DNA of 51,831 bases, the filler included, from Jimgerdemannia flammicorona (Eukaryota), in the NCBI GenBank assembly GCA_003990765.1. It is 2 parts of 2 records of this genome, joined end to end, with 100 filler letters (N's around TTAATTAATTAA, not from the genome) between each part and the next. Parts side by side here need not be neighbours in the genome. Positions count along the whole stretch, not along the records: positions 1 to 25,868 come from RBNJ01000780.1; positions 25,969 to 51,831 come from RBNJ01000781.1. One strand, 5' to 3'. Below, piece by piece: positions 23,306 through 35,555 of the stretch. The notes beneath the pieces are model-generated. The model searched no databases and was not told the origin of the DNA. It saw only the letters and a list, made by a program, of their open reading frames with translations. The stretch's first letter is position 1. Every line of letters begins with the position of its first letter. Position numbers and translations under genes: made by a program.

Positions 23306-24080
23306 TGAAAACTTGCTGGGGCATTGTAAATTCTAAATGGTATTCACAGATAGATATAGGTGACAGATGTGATGAAGGCTGATTTCTCACTAGCATCTTG
23401 AGTGAGACCAATCTGATGGAAGTCTGAGAACAGATTCAGAGTGATAAAGTATTTGGCTTTGCTTCTAAGAGTGGTATGAATTTCTTGAATATTTGGTAAG
23501 GGCTGCCTATCCTTCTTAGTGATTGCATTGAGCTTCCTATAGTCAATACAGAGTCTTAAGACAAACTCTCCAGGCTTGCTTCCTTTTTATAATGAGTGAA
23601 GCCCAGGGGCTAATAGCTTGCTTGATGATACTGGCTTCTTCTATTTCTTGAGTTCTGCTTGCAGCTATTCTCTATAGGTAGATAATATAGATCTGACTTT
23701 CTGATAGATGGGCTTAGTATCATCAGTGTCAACTTTATAGTAGTATTTGAGTTCTTGATTATGGATGTCCCTAAAGTCTGTGGTAAGTACTCCTTCATTG
23801 TGATACAGGATCTTGAGAAGTTGTTCTTCTAGGGAAAAGTTTTCTCCAATAGTATATGTATACTTATTCTGGTTCTTGTCTTTGTGCTCAAGTTCAGTAA
23901 TTTTAGTAACAGCATAGGCTCCTCTTCTAGTAGATCCAAAGCCATATTCTCTCTCCTCTCTTAGTCTTAATGAGTTTGAAGGCTTCAGTGATCTTAGGCT
24001 TCTTGACTTCATGGATCAGCATCTGGCCAATTCTGTCATACTTCTTGACTTTGAATAGAGTAGTGGGGTTATAATTTCTT
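23306..24080 (-). pseudogene. Element C dUTPase C-terminal remnant and RT N-terminal part
   Basis: YDRIGQML..., GFGST, LCIDYRKLN; homologous to E 45300-46030. Confidence 0.88.
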
Positions 24081-24180
24081 TCTTGTCTTAAATTCTTGCA
24101 GGGGTGACTTTTGTAGTCAGGGTAGTTGTTGTGGTAGTTGTTTGTTTTTCAGCTTGAAAGTGAGGGATTTGTCTTGAATC

Positions 24181-24198
24181 ACCAGCCAATGGGTACCA
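24181..24198 (-). promoter_or_regulatory. Element C PBS TGGTACCCATTGGCTGGT
   Basis: 3 nt from the LTR end; one transition away from the E PBS; cognate tRNA not assigned. Confidence 0.8.
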
Positions 24199-24201
24199 AA
24201 T

Positions 24202-25706
24202 TGTCACATACATAGTGAGCACTGAGTCTTTCAAATATATCAGATTCTCTTCACTTAAACTAACTACAAGTTTGTTATAAGCAAGTTCTTATTGAAGTAT
24301 CTTCTCAAGATTTTATAGTTCTCAAACTTCTTATCTTTAAACTGTCTTGTTATCTCTTAGATTGCTTGTATGGAATTGAGTATAAGTGAACTGAGGGAAC
24401 TGACTTTATTTCAAAGAAAATGAGAGAGATATTTATACAAAATATAATTTAATAGTTGTTAAGATATAAAGCTAAATATAAATTCCAATAATCAAATAAA
24501 ATACTGAAACATAGAAAACTTTAGTTGTAAGTACAAATTTGAGTATTTGTATAAATAGTTATACAAGTTCAGAATGCTGATAGATTTTGGTTATATAAGA
24601 AAAGGATATCAGAAGAATTTCTGAGTTATGTAAGATCAGAATATCAGAAGAATTATAGTTATACAAAGAACTCAGAGCAGAATATTCAGGACCCTGGAGG
24701 CTTCATTTTTATCACTACTAGAGGTCAGGATGTCTTCAAAGAAAATGAGATCCATGAATATTTCATTCATTTTGCACATATTGCCAATTAGTAAGATGAT
24801 ATCATCATATTTGGCAGTAAGAGTAAGGAGATCAGGGGCTCTCCAATCTATGACATTCTCTTCTACAAAATATGGGACAAATGTGGAGTCTTGGGGAGGT
24901 CTAATCTGGATGCTGGAGCCTTAGAATACTGAGATCAATTCTTACAGAAATTGGTCTAAATTGTCCTAAAGGATGGGATTTCAGAACTCTTCTATCTTAT
25001 CACTATTGAGGGTATTAGTAGATTGGGCTTCTGTAACCATCATGACCTCCAGTGAATTTGTGTGGTGGGCTGACAATTCCTTGAAGTCTGAGACTTTAGT
25101 ATACTCTAAGTTGGGAATTGACTATAGTGTATATTTAAAGATCTGATGAATCTTCTTAGCTGTCCTTATTTCATATATATCTATAGGGGTAGTATCTTGA
25201 ATCTCTTGGAGACTAGCCTGAGAGAATTCTAGGTAGAGAAGGTTTCCTATTTCATATTTCTGCTATATCTAGAGGCATTCAGTAGCAATAGTGATCCTTG
25301 TTTTCATTTTATAGTAATAGAGAATAAAGTGATATATAAGGATCACTAGTATCCAGGTTGAGACTAGGAGTCCTTCTTGTATAAGTCCTCATAGCTCTTC
25401 TGATATCTTAGAATATCCTTTCTTAGACTAAAAACCCTTAGTGATTTCTAGATCTTGAGGTTTAGCAGGTGGTGGGTATTTCATTTATAGTGAGTTTTTA
25501 AACTATTTTAGAGTTTTGTAAGTCTTGTTTGAGTTGCTGCTGCTGTGATTCCTTAGTTCTTTTTTTATATTCCTTGAGATGTCTATCTTGTAGTTATGAT
25601 GACTCATAGTTAGTCATTATTGCTCATCTTATAGCCTGGATAAATCATACTATATAATCTTCTTACACTCCTATAATAATGTTACCATTCTGAAATCACT
25701 ATTACA
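24202..25706 (-). repeat. Element C 5' LTR
   Basis: TGTAAT...TGACA on -; TATAAAT 24431-24437, AATAAA 24405-24410. Confidence 0.92.
24672..25484 (-). pseudogene. Accessory ORF remnant inside the C 5' LTR (U3), up to ~270 codons
   Basis: Manual translation QKYEIGNLLYLEFSQASLQEIQDTTPIDIYEIRTAKKIHQIFKYTL*SIPNLEYTKVSDFKELS; stops are transition-revertible; start uncertain. Confidence 0.7.
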
Positions 25707-25868
25707 ATATATTATACAGTACTATTATAATAATTACTAAGTACTAAAACAACTATATACTAGGTTTTACACTATTGAAAAGATGATATAATCTTTGTAG
25801 AGATAATAAGTTTGGAATAAGATATATATATATATATATATAAGACTAGATATCAGAAATGAAAATAG

Positions 25869-25968
25869 NNNNNNNNNNNNNNNNNNNNNNNNNNNNNNNN
25901 NNNNNNNNNNNNTTAATTAATTAANNNNNNNNNNNNNNNNNNNNNNNNNNNNNNNNNNNNNNNNNNNN
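25869..25968. other. Artificial assembly linker N44-TTAATTAATTAA-N44
   Basis: Exactly 100 bp with a six-frame stop linker in the middle. Confidence 0.97.
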
Positions 25969-26061
25969 ACTTCCACTTTATTACCAACTAGTCTATATTA
26001 TACTAATATAGATGTGCCCCTCACCCAATCCCACAAGGAGCCCCCCCCCCCCTCTCCTCCT

Positions 26062-29000
26062 TAAGTAGAGGAGATCAGAGGTTAGAGAGACTGCTTAATT
26101 TGAAGAGAGTGATAGAGACCTGGGTGAGAGCTAATAGTTATCAGCTCTTGTTATTGTTCAGCAGTTAGAAGTAACTGAGTAGAGTAGATAGATATACTTA
26201 GTAAAGATTTCAATATAGTGCAAAAATACTATTGGATAGAACTAATGGAGAAAGGAGTACTGAGAGCCATAGTAGTGGTCTGAATATCTGAGAGAAAGTA
26301 GAGTATCTAAGTACTTTGGTAGATACTAATAGAGTAATATAGGAGAATAGAAGAGTTTACATCTATTGAGTAAATGAACTTGGGATGAGATTTGACTAGA
26401 TGCTGACTGCTGACTACTAGGGAATGAATATCTGGGTAGATCTGGAGGTTGAGTGGTATCTATAATCAGATCATTAGAGGTTATTAAAGTATGGTCAGTT
26501 TGGGGGAAGTAAGAATGGATCTGGACATTGATACTTCAATTTCTTCTTACTAGCAGAGATAGAGTTATGAGAGGCTTAGGTAGAGGATATTGGATTGAAA
26601 ATTATCTACTAGAACTATGAGGGGTCTACTGTAGGAGTCTATTGAGTGAAGTTGAAGAAGACTACTAGATTGTATTAAGATAAAACTGGCAGATTCAGAG
26701 AAGTATAGAGGAGATAAAGAATAAGATAGGCTTCTCATTAATTGGAGAGGTCATAGCTAGATTGGGCTGATTTATTAGACCAGAAGACTGTTGAGAATTG
26801 AAGACTAGAATGAGTCTAGATAGAGGTAAAGGAGTTGAAAAGAGTATTGAGAGAGGAGGAAAAGACTCAAATATAGAGTATGGTAGCTTGGTTATAGTGA
26901 TAGAGAACTTGAGAAAGATGAGAGATCTACTAAGTATCTGACTAGATATCTTCAGATAAGGAGAGTGAGATAGCAGTAAGATAGAGTATTAGATGAGAAG
27001 GGTATCCTAGTAAATGAGATATAGTAGATCTTAAGTTCTTTGAAAAGTTAGTAGAGAGGTCTATAGAGTGAGAAGAAAGGAAGTATAGATAAGAAGACTA
27101 TTGAGCACTCTCTAGAGGATTGGTACTCACTTTAGATTGATGATATCAAGGATTTGATTATACTGATTCAGGAGAATGAAATCTTGAGTATCTTATTAGC
27201 TATGAAATTGGGTACAGCTCCTGATAAGGATGGTCTACTCTATGACTTTGAAAAAAGTTAGTAGGAGTCTTGAGAGTATTGGGGAAGATAACAGTACTTT
27301 GTAACTTTATCCTCATATCTGGAGAGTAGATTGGGAGAGAGGATCTCAATCTGGTAATACTATTGTATAAGAATAAGAGCAGAAGGGAGAATTGAAAGAA
27401 TTGGAGACCAATTATGTTTCTGAATATAGACAGAAAGTTGGTCACTAAAGTAGTTGTTATGAGACTACAGAAGATAGTCCAACAGATATTAGAAGATGAG
27501 TAATGGGGCTTTGTTAGGGACAAACTGATTAAAGATAAGATAGTATGAGTATATAGAGTAATTAAAGGAGTAAGAACTAGTGGACTAAATAAAATATTAA
27601 TCTTTCTAGACCAGAAGAAGGCCTATGATCAGGTTTAGCAAGTTTGGCTAGAGAAGATATTAAAGAGGATTGGTGTCTTTCACTAGTTTTAGATATTAAT
27701 AATTAGTCTATTTGAGGGCAGCAGGGCAGTAATTCTACATAATAGCTATTATGATACTATATTCTCATTAAAGAGAGGAGTTCTACAGAAGGACCCACTG
27801 TTCTCTATCTTATATATTTTATTATTAGAGCTATTGATAAATAGAATTTATCATAAGGTATTAGGGCTTCAGTACTAGAAGTGGTCTGGAAGGTTGGGAC
27901 CTTTGCAGATAATATAGTAGTTAGACTTAGCTCAGTTGCTGAAATAAGTATGCTGAGAAGAGTAGTGAAATAATATAAGAAGTACTCTGGGGTAAAGTTT
28001 AACTAGTATAAGTATAAGATGATAGTGCTGAGAGATAGTTTAGTAGGTGGGAACATTATTGGAACTATTGTCTCTATAGAGGAGATGATATAGTATCTAG
28101 GTATATTTCTATCAATATATAGATATATTTTGTCCTAAGTTTAGTAAAAGAGAAAGATAGTAGAATAGAGAAATGTTCTTTAGGATTAGGGGGGGGGAGG
28201 AGTACTATATCTCTCTTACTGAGTGAGTGCTAATTCTGAATATTCACTTATTGCCAAATGACTAGTATCTAATATACTACTTGGACTTTCTAGTATAAGT
28301 GGTGAAGAGATTGCTAAAGATGGCTAAGAACTGAATTTGGACTAAAAGGAGAAGCTAAATAAGTTGAGAGATCCCAGTGACTCTGGTGAACAGAAGATAT
28401 ATGAGTCTGGTAGACTTTTTAAAAAGATTGCACTATCTTAGAGCTTAGTGGCTAAAGAGAGCTATCAAGCTATAAGGAAGAGAATAGATATCTTTAATAC
28501 AGTAAGTCTGAGAGATAAGGTTTTTCCTTAGAGAGTTCTCTGATAATTTACTGTCTATAGTTAAGCTATAAAATGGTTAGTACTTACAGTACTGGGGATT
28601 CTGGTGAGAGATAGTGGGGACTCACTACATTAGTTTCTAGTAGTGTAATAATAAGAGAAAAGTCCAATGGGGTCTTATAATATAGAGATAGGACAGACTT
28701 CTATTGAGCAGTTTTCTACTGATGAACTTTAATATTAATGCAGAAGTAGAGTATCAGTGAAGAGTAGGTCAGGATCTGTAGCTATTGGACTGATAGATGG
28801 TAGGTATTAGTAAAACTTAGGACTGAGCTAGAGATAGTCTTGGAGTGCTGAGATGTAGTAGTAGTTTTCTTCAAAGTTCGGAATAGTATAGTAGTATATC
28901 TTGAAGAGAAATGTCATATTGAACTTTAGATCAGAATACTTAGTAGTGGATAGTAGTTTTGAGTATAAGAATTGTCTTAATATAGAATAGGAAAGAGAGA

Positions 29001-30150
29001 TTGTACAGATATCTAAATATTGACTAGATGAGTATAAAGTACTTAGTAACTAGTACTCCTAACAAGTCAATTTAATCCAGATTGGATTCGGATCGATTTG
29101 GATTGAATCCCATCTGGATCAACTCAGATGAGATTTGAATCCCATCCAGATGGATTCAAATCAACCATTGTTTTGATTTCCAAATTAGATAATTAAATGT
29201 TTACATCAATAACTTGATGAATAATCCTCCAAATTTGATGATCTTGGTTTCATTCAAAAGCCCTTAATAAGGCCTATCTAATGATATCAAGAACATTGAA
29301 ATCGGATTATGCATTGCTGAGTTATGAAGGAAAACGTCTGAATCACTGATTTTGGAAATTTTGTCAAATAGAATGTTTTCCTTAATATATTAGCAACGCG
29401 TAATCCGATTTTAATGTTCTTGGTATCATTAGAACGGCCTTATTAAGGGCTTTCAAATGATACCAAGATCATCAAATTTAGATGATTATTCATCGAGTTA
29501 TTGATGTAAACATTTAATTGTCTAATTTGGAAATCAAAATAATGGTTGATTTGAATCCATCCAAATCCCATCCAGATTGATTTATTTGGAGCACTATTAG
29601 TAACTTCTATAAGAGAGTTGGAGACTATCTGAGAGTAAGATAATATATAGATAGAGAAGAGGGTAGATGAGATGACTTGAGGGAATAGTTGGTAGAGTGT
29701 ATTAATAATGAGTAGTTTACTATTGAGTGAGTATTAGTAGTATGGATAGAGTTGACTAGTTATTAGTTATATATATTTGAGGATAAGAGGCAGATAGTTA
29801 TAGGGAAAAAAGTAGTGAGATGAGAGAAGTTAATAGTGAATATACTGTCTAGTTGATAGAGAGAGTAGGGTTCTTAGAGTAGTTACTATTAGTATATAGT
29901 AAAAGGAATTTATAAGAAGAGTAGTAGATAGATTGTGATAATTAATGATATGTTTATTTTTAAGTAGATAGAAATAGGGGAGAGAGAGTGTATTGAGATA
30001 GAGTAAGGTAGAGTGGGTTGAATTGAGACTACTGATATAGTATGAGGACTATGTATTTATTATAGATTAGTTAATAAAGAAGCTTTATATCTGTAAAATA
30101 AAATAAAATAAAATAAAATAAAATAAAAATAAATATAGAAATAAATAAAA
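26062..30150 (+). mobile_element. LINE copy 1: 5'-truncated, heavily decayed L1/Tx1-like ORF2
   Basis: Colinear with 35790-39270; WRPIMFLNIDRKL, FLDQKKAYD, GVLQKDPL; (AAAAT)n tail 30095-30150. Confidence 0.9.
29051..29596. mobile_element. Non-autonomous hAT-type foldback MITE
   Basis: Imperfect ~20-bp TIRs (TAGTACTCCTAACAAGTCAA / TAGTGCTCCAAATAAATCAA); 8-bp TSD TTAGTAAC (29043-29050, 29597-29604); empty site in LINE copy 2 at ~38793-38800. Confidence 0.93.
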
Positions 30151-31354
30151 TCAACCTCTAAGCTATAGTGAGTATAGTTATTTTCTAAAATATAATTATC
30201 TAGTACTTCCATATTAATAACCTCATTTAATTAAAATTATTTAATTATATACTTTAGTAGAGTTTCAAAATTGACTTATTTATTAGATTATATATACAGA
30301 CCAACTATTTATAACTATTAAGAGTAATAAATTATATAGTATCTTTGGCCTTCTCAAGTATAATTTATATCTACCAAATACTGATACTATTCATAATGAT
30401 ATCCTAGAGATTTATAAAAAGGAGCATGACAATCTCTACTAAAAACTTCAGGTAAAATAAAAGTAATATCATGATATTGTGATCCCCCCCTCTCCTCTCA
30501 AAAAAAAAAGCTCAACAATCTAATCTTATATTAAATAAATAGAATTTGGCAGATAGAATTTCATTCATAATTAATATATAGATATCATCTAATATTATTT
30601 CATTTCTAAACAGTACAGATTATTGAATTAATATTAATTAGTGACTTCAATATCTTACTCTTAACTTTATCAAACTTGAGAGTCCTTATTTAGGGGAAAA
30701 TATTATAGATACTTTTATTAAATATATCTATAAGTTTAAAATTATAACTAAGATAAAGAGAGGGGGGGAAACTAAGTAAAAAACCTTTTTTTTTTTAATT
30801 GTTTGTTATTTTAAAACTATTTTTCCACAAAATTACCTTCTGAAAATTTTAAGGACAGATTTTGGTCATTATAATAGACAATGCTATAAACAATATAATA
30901 TTTTCTCACATTTTAGTAGTTAATCTTTAATATATATAAAAATGAGCTCTTCAATACTATATATTATCAGACCTATATACTGAACTTTGCTATATAGAAT
31001 TATCTCTTGTATATAAATAAAATATCTCAAGATAAAGATAGAATTGATAGTAAAAATTGAAGTATTGTTTCCAAATTATACAAACTAGTTATAATGATCT
31101 AATCATCTTTACAATAATAAGACAAATTTTCTGTATAGTATAGAGCTATCAGTTTAGTTCTGAAAGAGTTGATATTAGATATTTATATCTATTAAAACTT
31201 AACATTGAAATAATTGAATATGTACTGGAGTTTTCTATAGTTAGTACTTTTTGATTAGCTAATGCAAATCAGTTTTTAGTTAGCTGAGATATATTAATTA
31301 AATTCAAAAACAATAAAAAAAGCCAATAGATTCTATAGTTACTACTGATAAGGA

Positions 31355-31359
<5 letters not shown>

Positions 31360-31412
<53 letters not shown>

Positions 31413-32604
31413 TTTTTTTTTTTTTTTTTTTTTTTTAATGGACTCACAGTTCTGCAGATTTTTATTAGAAGGGAACCTAAACTATATAGGCCAAAATCCT
31501 CCCCCACCACCCACCAAACAATATCCCCCCATTAATCTAGACTACTAAACTGTCTAGCAGTCTCACTATTCCAGCTATATCTATCAAACACTAGCTATGT
31601 TGACCCCTATGATATAGACTAGACTTGTCTGCTCACTAGAGCTAGATAATCATTTATATACATATGAGAGCACACCTATGTATTTGATCTAGTAGTACTA
31701 GGACTGAATAAAGAATAGCCTCCCAAACCCCTAAAAAAAGTCTGAGATAAAAGAAAAACCTCCCAACCAACCAACAGAGAGCAAAGTAGATTCAAAGTGA
31801 GTGAGTAAAGGACTTACATATGGGCTAGGGCCAGAAAAGACTCCACTCCTACTCTCTAAGCCTGTGGGCCTCAATCATATTGCCATATCAGCTCCTGGTT
31901 CCAGTCAGGTATAGCCAAATGAGGAAGACCCCAATCCTCAAGCCTGTGGGCCTCAATCACATTATTGCATCAGCTTCTGATTCCAGTTGGGTACAGCCAG
32001 GATATCAGCCCCTGTACCACCCCACCCCCCACTAGTCAATTGAAAGGCTCTACCAAAATATTGTCTGCCCTAGCTCCAATGACTGCCCCTAGCCTAGCAC
32101 CCCACTAGTTCACCATTATCACCCTTCCTCCTATCTGTGATGGCCATCTCCCCTCCCATCCCAACAATACCTGAAAAACAGTCACCTACTCCAGAACTAT
32201 ACTTGCTGAGAAGCTTGCCAAAGCCAGAGGGTCCCACCACAGGCACTGAGGATCTGCAAGTAACCTATACTGGATACTTGATGCTCAAGGTCAGCCAACT
32301 CTCTTTGTAATCTATAATATACCAAGACAACATCATGTTGGTGATAGCAAAAGGAAGAAGGTGCTACACCAAAACAGGTACACTCCAGACACAGCTGAAG
32401 GTACCAGAAACTATGAAAAAGTGGAGAAGACACTGATCTGATACTGATAAAGAGGCAACTCATTACTATTGCCCTCCTCCCACTATGCTCATGCAGGCAT
32501 AGCAAATCAATCCAAGGTAGAGGGAGTAATAATAAGGGAAAGAGAACTCAGAAGATTGCCTACCAAACCTTGTAACTAGTAAGATAGCAGAGAAAGGAGT
32601 AGTA
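31360..32604 (-). mobile_element. Poly(A)-tailed retroposed insertion (truncated LINE 3' end or non-autonomous retroposon)
   Basis: Poly(T) 31377-31436; candidate TSD ATAAGGATATAT (31348-31359, 32605-32616); internal ~62-bp direct repeat at ~31857 and ~31937. Confidence 0.7.
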
Positions 32605-33600
32605 ATAAGGATATATGTGATGAGACTATTAATAAAGGTAAGTGAGATATATTGAGGAATATAGTCAGAGTTTTAGAAGTATATAAAAGACTACTTTGAC
32701 TCTATATTTATTTCAGCTATTCCCCCTCTCTCTTGTATAGTATTATAACTATTTGTTATTTTTATCTACTAGTGTTTTTAATAAATATATAAAGAAAATA
32801 GTCAAACAAGTTACCCCAATAGTAAGCTTTGCAATTCCAGTATATAATCTCTTAATTGATCAACTAGAGAATAAGTTAGAGAATAGTGATAAATTCTAAC
32901 TGAGTCTGGTTCAGAGATATGCTATAGAGGTTATCTTAAGCTTAGAAAATACTACTCTAAACAGATATCATCATTTTCTTAATTAGTACTAATAAGCCAG
33001 CATTGTTACTCTTTCTTTCTTAAAAAACTCTCTGCCAAACTCACTCTCTTTATATAATATTGAATTTATGTTTAAAAATTTAAATCTATAAAGATTAGAG
33101 CTGAGAGTAGTAGTATATTGAAGAAGCAAAGCAGGCTATAATTAAAACATATCAGAAGAACTATATACTACCAGAAGGTTCTGGCTAAAGTCTGGTCAAA
33201 TATACTAAAGAACCTCTTTTATTATATATTTACCTAATCAATAGACAAATTAACTATTTATCTAATCAGTAACTAGATAATTCTGCTAAAGAGTATAGAG
33301 ATATTCAACTAATAGAAGGTGAGTTATCTTTCTATGGATAGTTGGTGAGATTAGGCTGATAATCTTTAACTACTATCTATCTTAGAAGTATATAGTTACA
33401 GATATGATAAATGGACAAGCATCTCTCTCCAGTACCATTCAGGTTACACAACCTTTAGAAAGCACTTATAACATCATTTATTAGAGAAAGTGACTAGCAA
33501 CATAGTGACTGATCAGTAATCTGAGGTGCATACTGAGCAGGGTGGCCTAAGTGCATTCAACTGGCAGTATGTGGGGTGAGGCCCTAGGCTGGGGGGAGGT

Positions 33601-35524
33601 ATGAGGGAGCTGCTGGCAGGAGGATGTAGTAGAGGAGGGGGCAGTAGTGGAGGACCAGGGTCTGGGAGAGTGAGCTTCGCGGAGATGGTGAAGGGGAGAC
33701 AGCAGGCATCTGGGCTGGAGGGATGGCTGAGGAGAGGCAAGAAGGTGGGGAAGATGGCAGCACAGGAGAGAGTAGTCCTTAGTGGTAGGGGTGATAGAGC
33801 TAGGAGTATAGTGGCTGAGAGAAGTATGATGACTGATGGAGACAGAACTGCCAATCTGGAAAAAAATCCATTATGACTGCTGATGGTGTGGCTGAGCAGC
33901 AGGGGCTTGGAAGATCAGGGGATTTGGCAGATGGTGTAATAGGCCTGGCAGTGGCACCATTACTCAAGAAATTGATCTTGGTGTTTGCAGTTACTCTGTG
34001 CTTCTGGGGCCTAGTGGTGATAGCAAAAATGGTGCTGAGACTCATTACTAAACAGGTGGCTGAAGCAGTGTCTGTAAAGTTTTTGAAGGGATTGGAGAGA
34101 GTAGAGGTGGGATTTGAGGAGGCTGAGCCTTTGGAGGAGACACTGAAGGTAGAATTGATAGTTGGGAAGGTGTGTGTCCCAATAACATGCTGTCTGAGGT
34201 GGAATCTCTGAGTGGTACAACTATTAGTAAAAGGGGTACTTATAGTGATGGCAGCAGAGATGAGAAGGAGAGTTGAAGAGGTTATGGCAGAGTATGGTAA
34301 TGTAGTGGACATCAGCTTTAGAGTGTGGGAAGAGACCTCGCTCAGGACTAGAGATGTTGATGTGAGAATTTGGCTGACAGGGAAGAAAGCTACCAGGAAG
34401 GTGAGAGACTGGCCCTCAGTGATGATCTGGGGAGCAATCCTGTGCAAGGTGACGAGAGTGAAGAGAAGTGAGGAGGAGGAAGAGGACTTGTTGGAAGCAC
34501 TGAAAGAGCTGAGTGATATGGTGGAGTAGAGGGCAAAGGCTTGGAAGATATTTGTGGAGTCCATTTGCCAGGAGGTGGTGGATAGAAAGTGGATCTGAGT
34601 AGACAAGAGATAGTGGGAACAGACTCAGGAGTATAAGAGACAGAAGGAACTGCTGGTGAAGCTGGAGGGGAGATCACAGAAGAATGCAGGCAGGATGGTG
34701 GAGACAGCAGATGCTAAAGCAAGTGTCTGGGCCAGCAAGGGTGGTGGGAGTGCTAAGAAGGAGTCTGGAGAGGACAGAGAGGTGATGGGCAATGACCCCT
34801 ATGCTGATGGTATATTTGAGATCTGGGAGGAGGATGGGGAAGTCTCACCTACCTCTACCCTACTTATCAGATGTGGTCTAGCTTCATGAAGCAGGATGGA
34901 GGAGAATGTGCCTATGTGGGGGTCCAGTGAGTTCAATTTGGAGTTCCTGAGGTAGTGGATGGGGGACAAGGGGTTGCAGTTGGAGAGGAGGAACTGGTGG
35001 ACATCTCTGAGGTGTGGGATGAGTCTGTAAGTACTGAAGCTGATACCACAATGCTGGATAGAGGGAGGCCAGCGACTCCTGGAGGGAAGGAGGTGGGGAA
35101 CCTACTTTGGATGTATTGGATAATAAATAACCTAGTGGCTGATAAGTTGGGGGAGGTGGACTTGAGAGTTATGAGTGATGAGCATTAGGTGAGGATCCTG
35201 CAGGGGGATGGAGTGATGTTGGTATTGAAGGCAGAAATTCTTGCCATATACTTGGGGGAGGAAGGGTATGAGATGGATGAGGAGTGGGAGATAGAACTGG
35301 CAGGCATTGCTGGTGAGAGGACTGAATACTACTGGACCAAGCATCATGGATTGCAGCTCTGGCAGGAGGCCTGCCTGGAGTATCAGGAAGAGTTTGAGGA
35401 GAAGGCAGATGGGAAGATGAATGAGTTGCTGGCTGGATTGGAGGCTCAGAGGGCTGAGGAGGAAGTGGTGACTGTGGAACATAATCTGGACTTGGCACAG
35501 GAAGAGAGGGATATAGAGCAGTAG
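33601..35524 (+). pseudogene. LINE copy 2 ORF1
   Basis: Chain of + fragments before the endonuclease; SFAEMVK motif; RRM-like EEVMAEYGNVVDISFR; acidic coiled-coil tail. Confidence 0.7.
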
Positions 35525-35555
35525 AAATGGACTGGATAATATATCATATTTCACT

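Larger units (their letters stand above)
13350..25706 (-). mobile_element. Element C: decayed Ty3/Gypsy of the E family with ~1.5-kb LTRs and a gag-PR deletion; interrupted by D
   Basis: Paired LTRs, PBS, PPT; ATAT flanks at 13346-13349 and 25707-25710; RT split at the D insertion; peptides match E (KITELEHK, YTIG.NF). Confidence 0.93.

Noticed and set aside
25869..25968. TTAATTAATTAA palindrome between N runs
   Set aside because: Synthetic contig linker; adjacency across it is not established.
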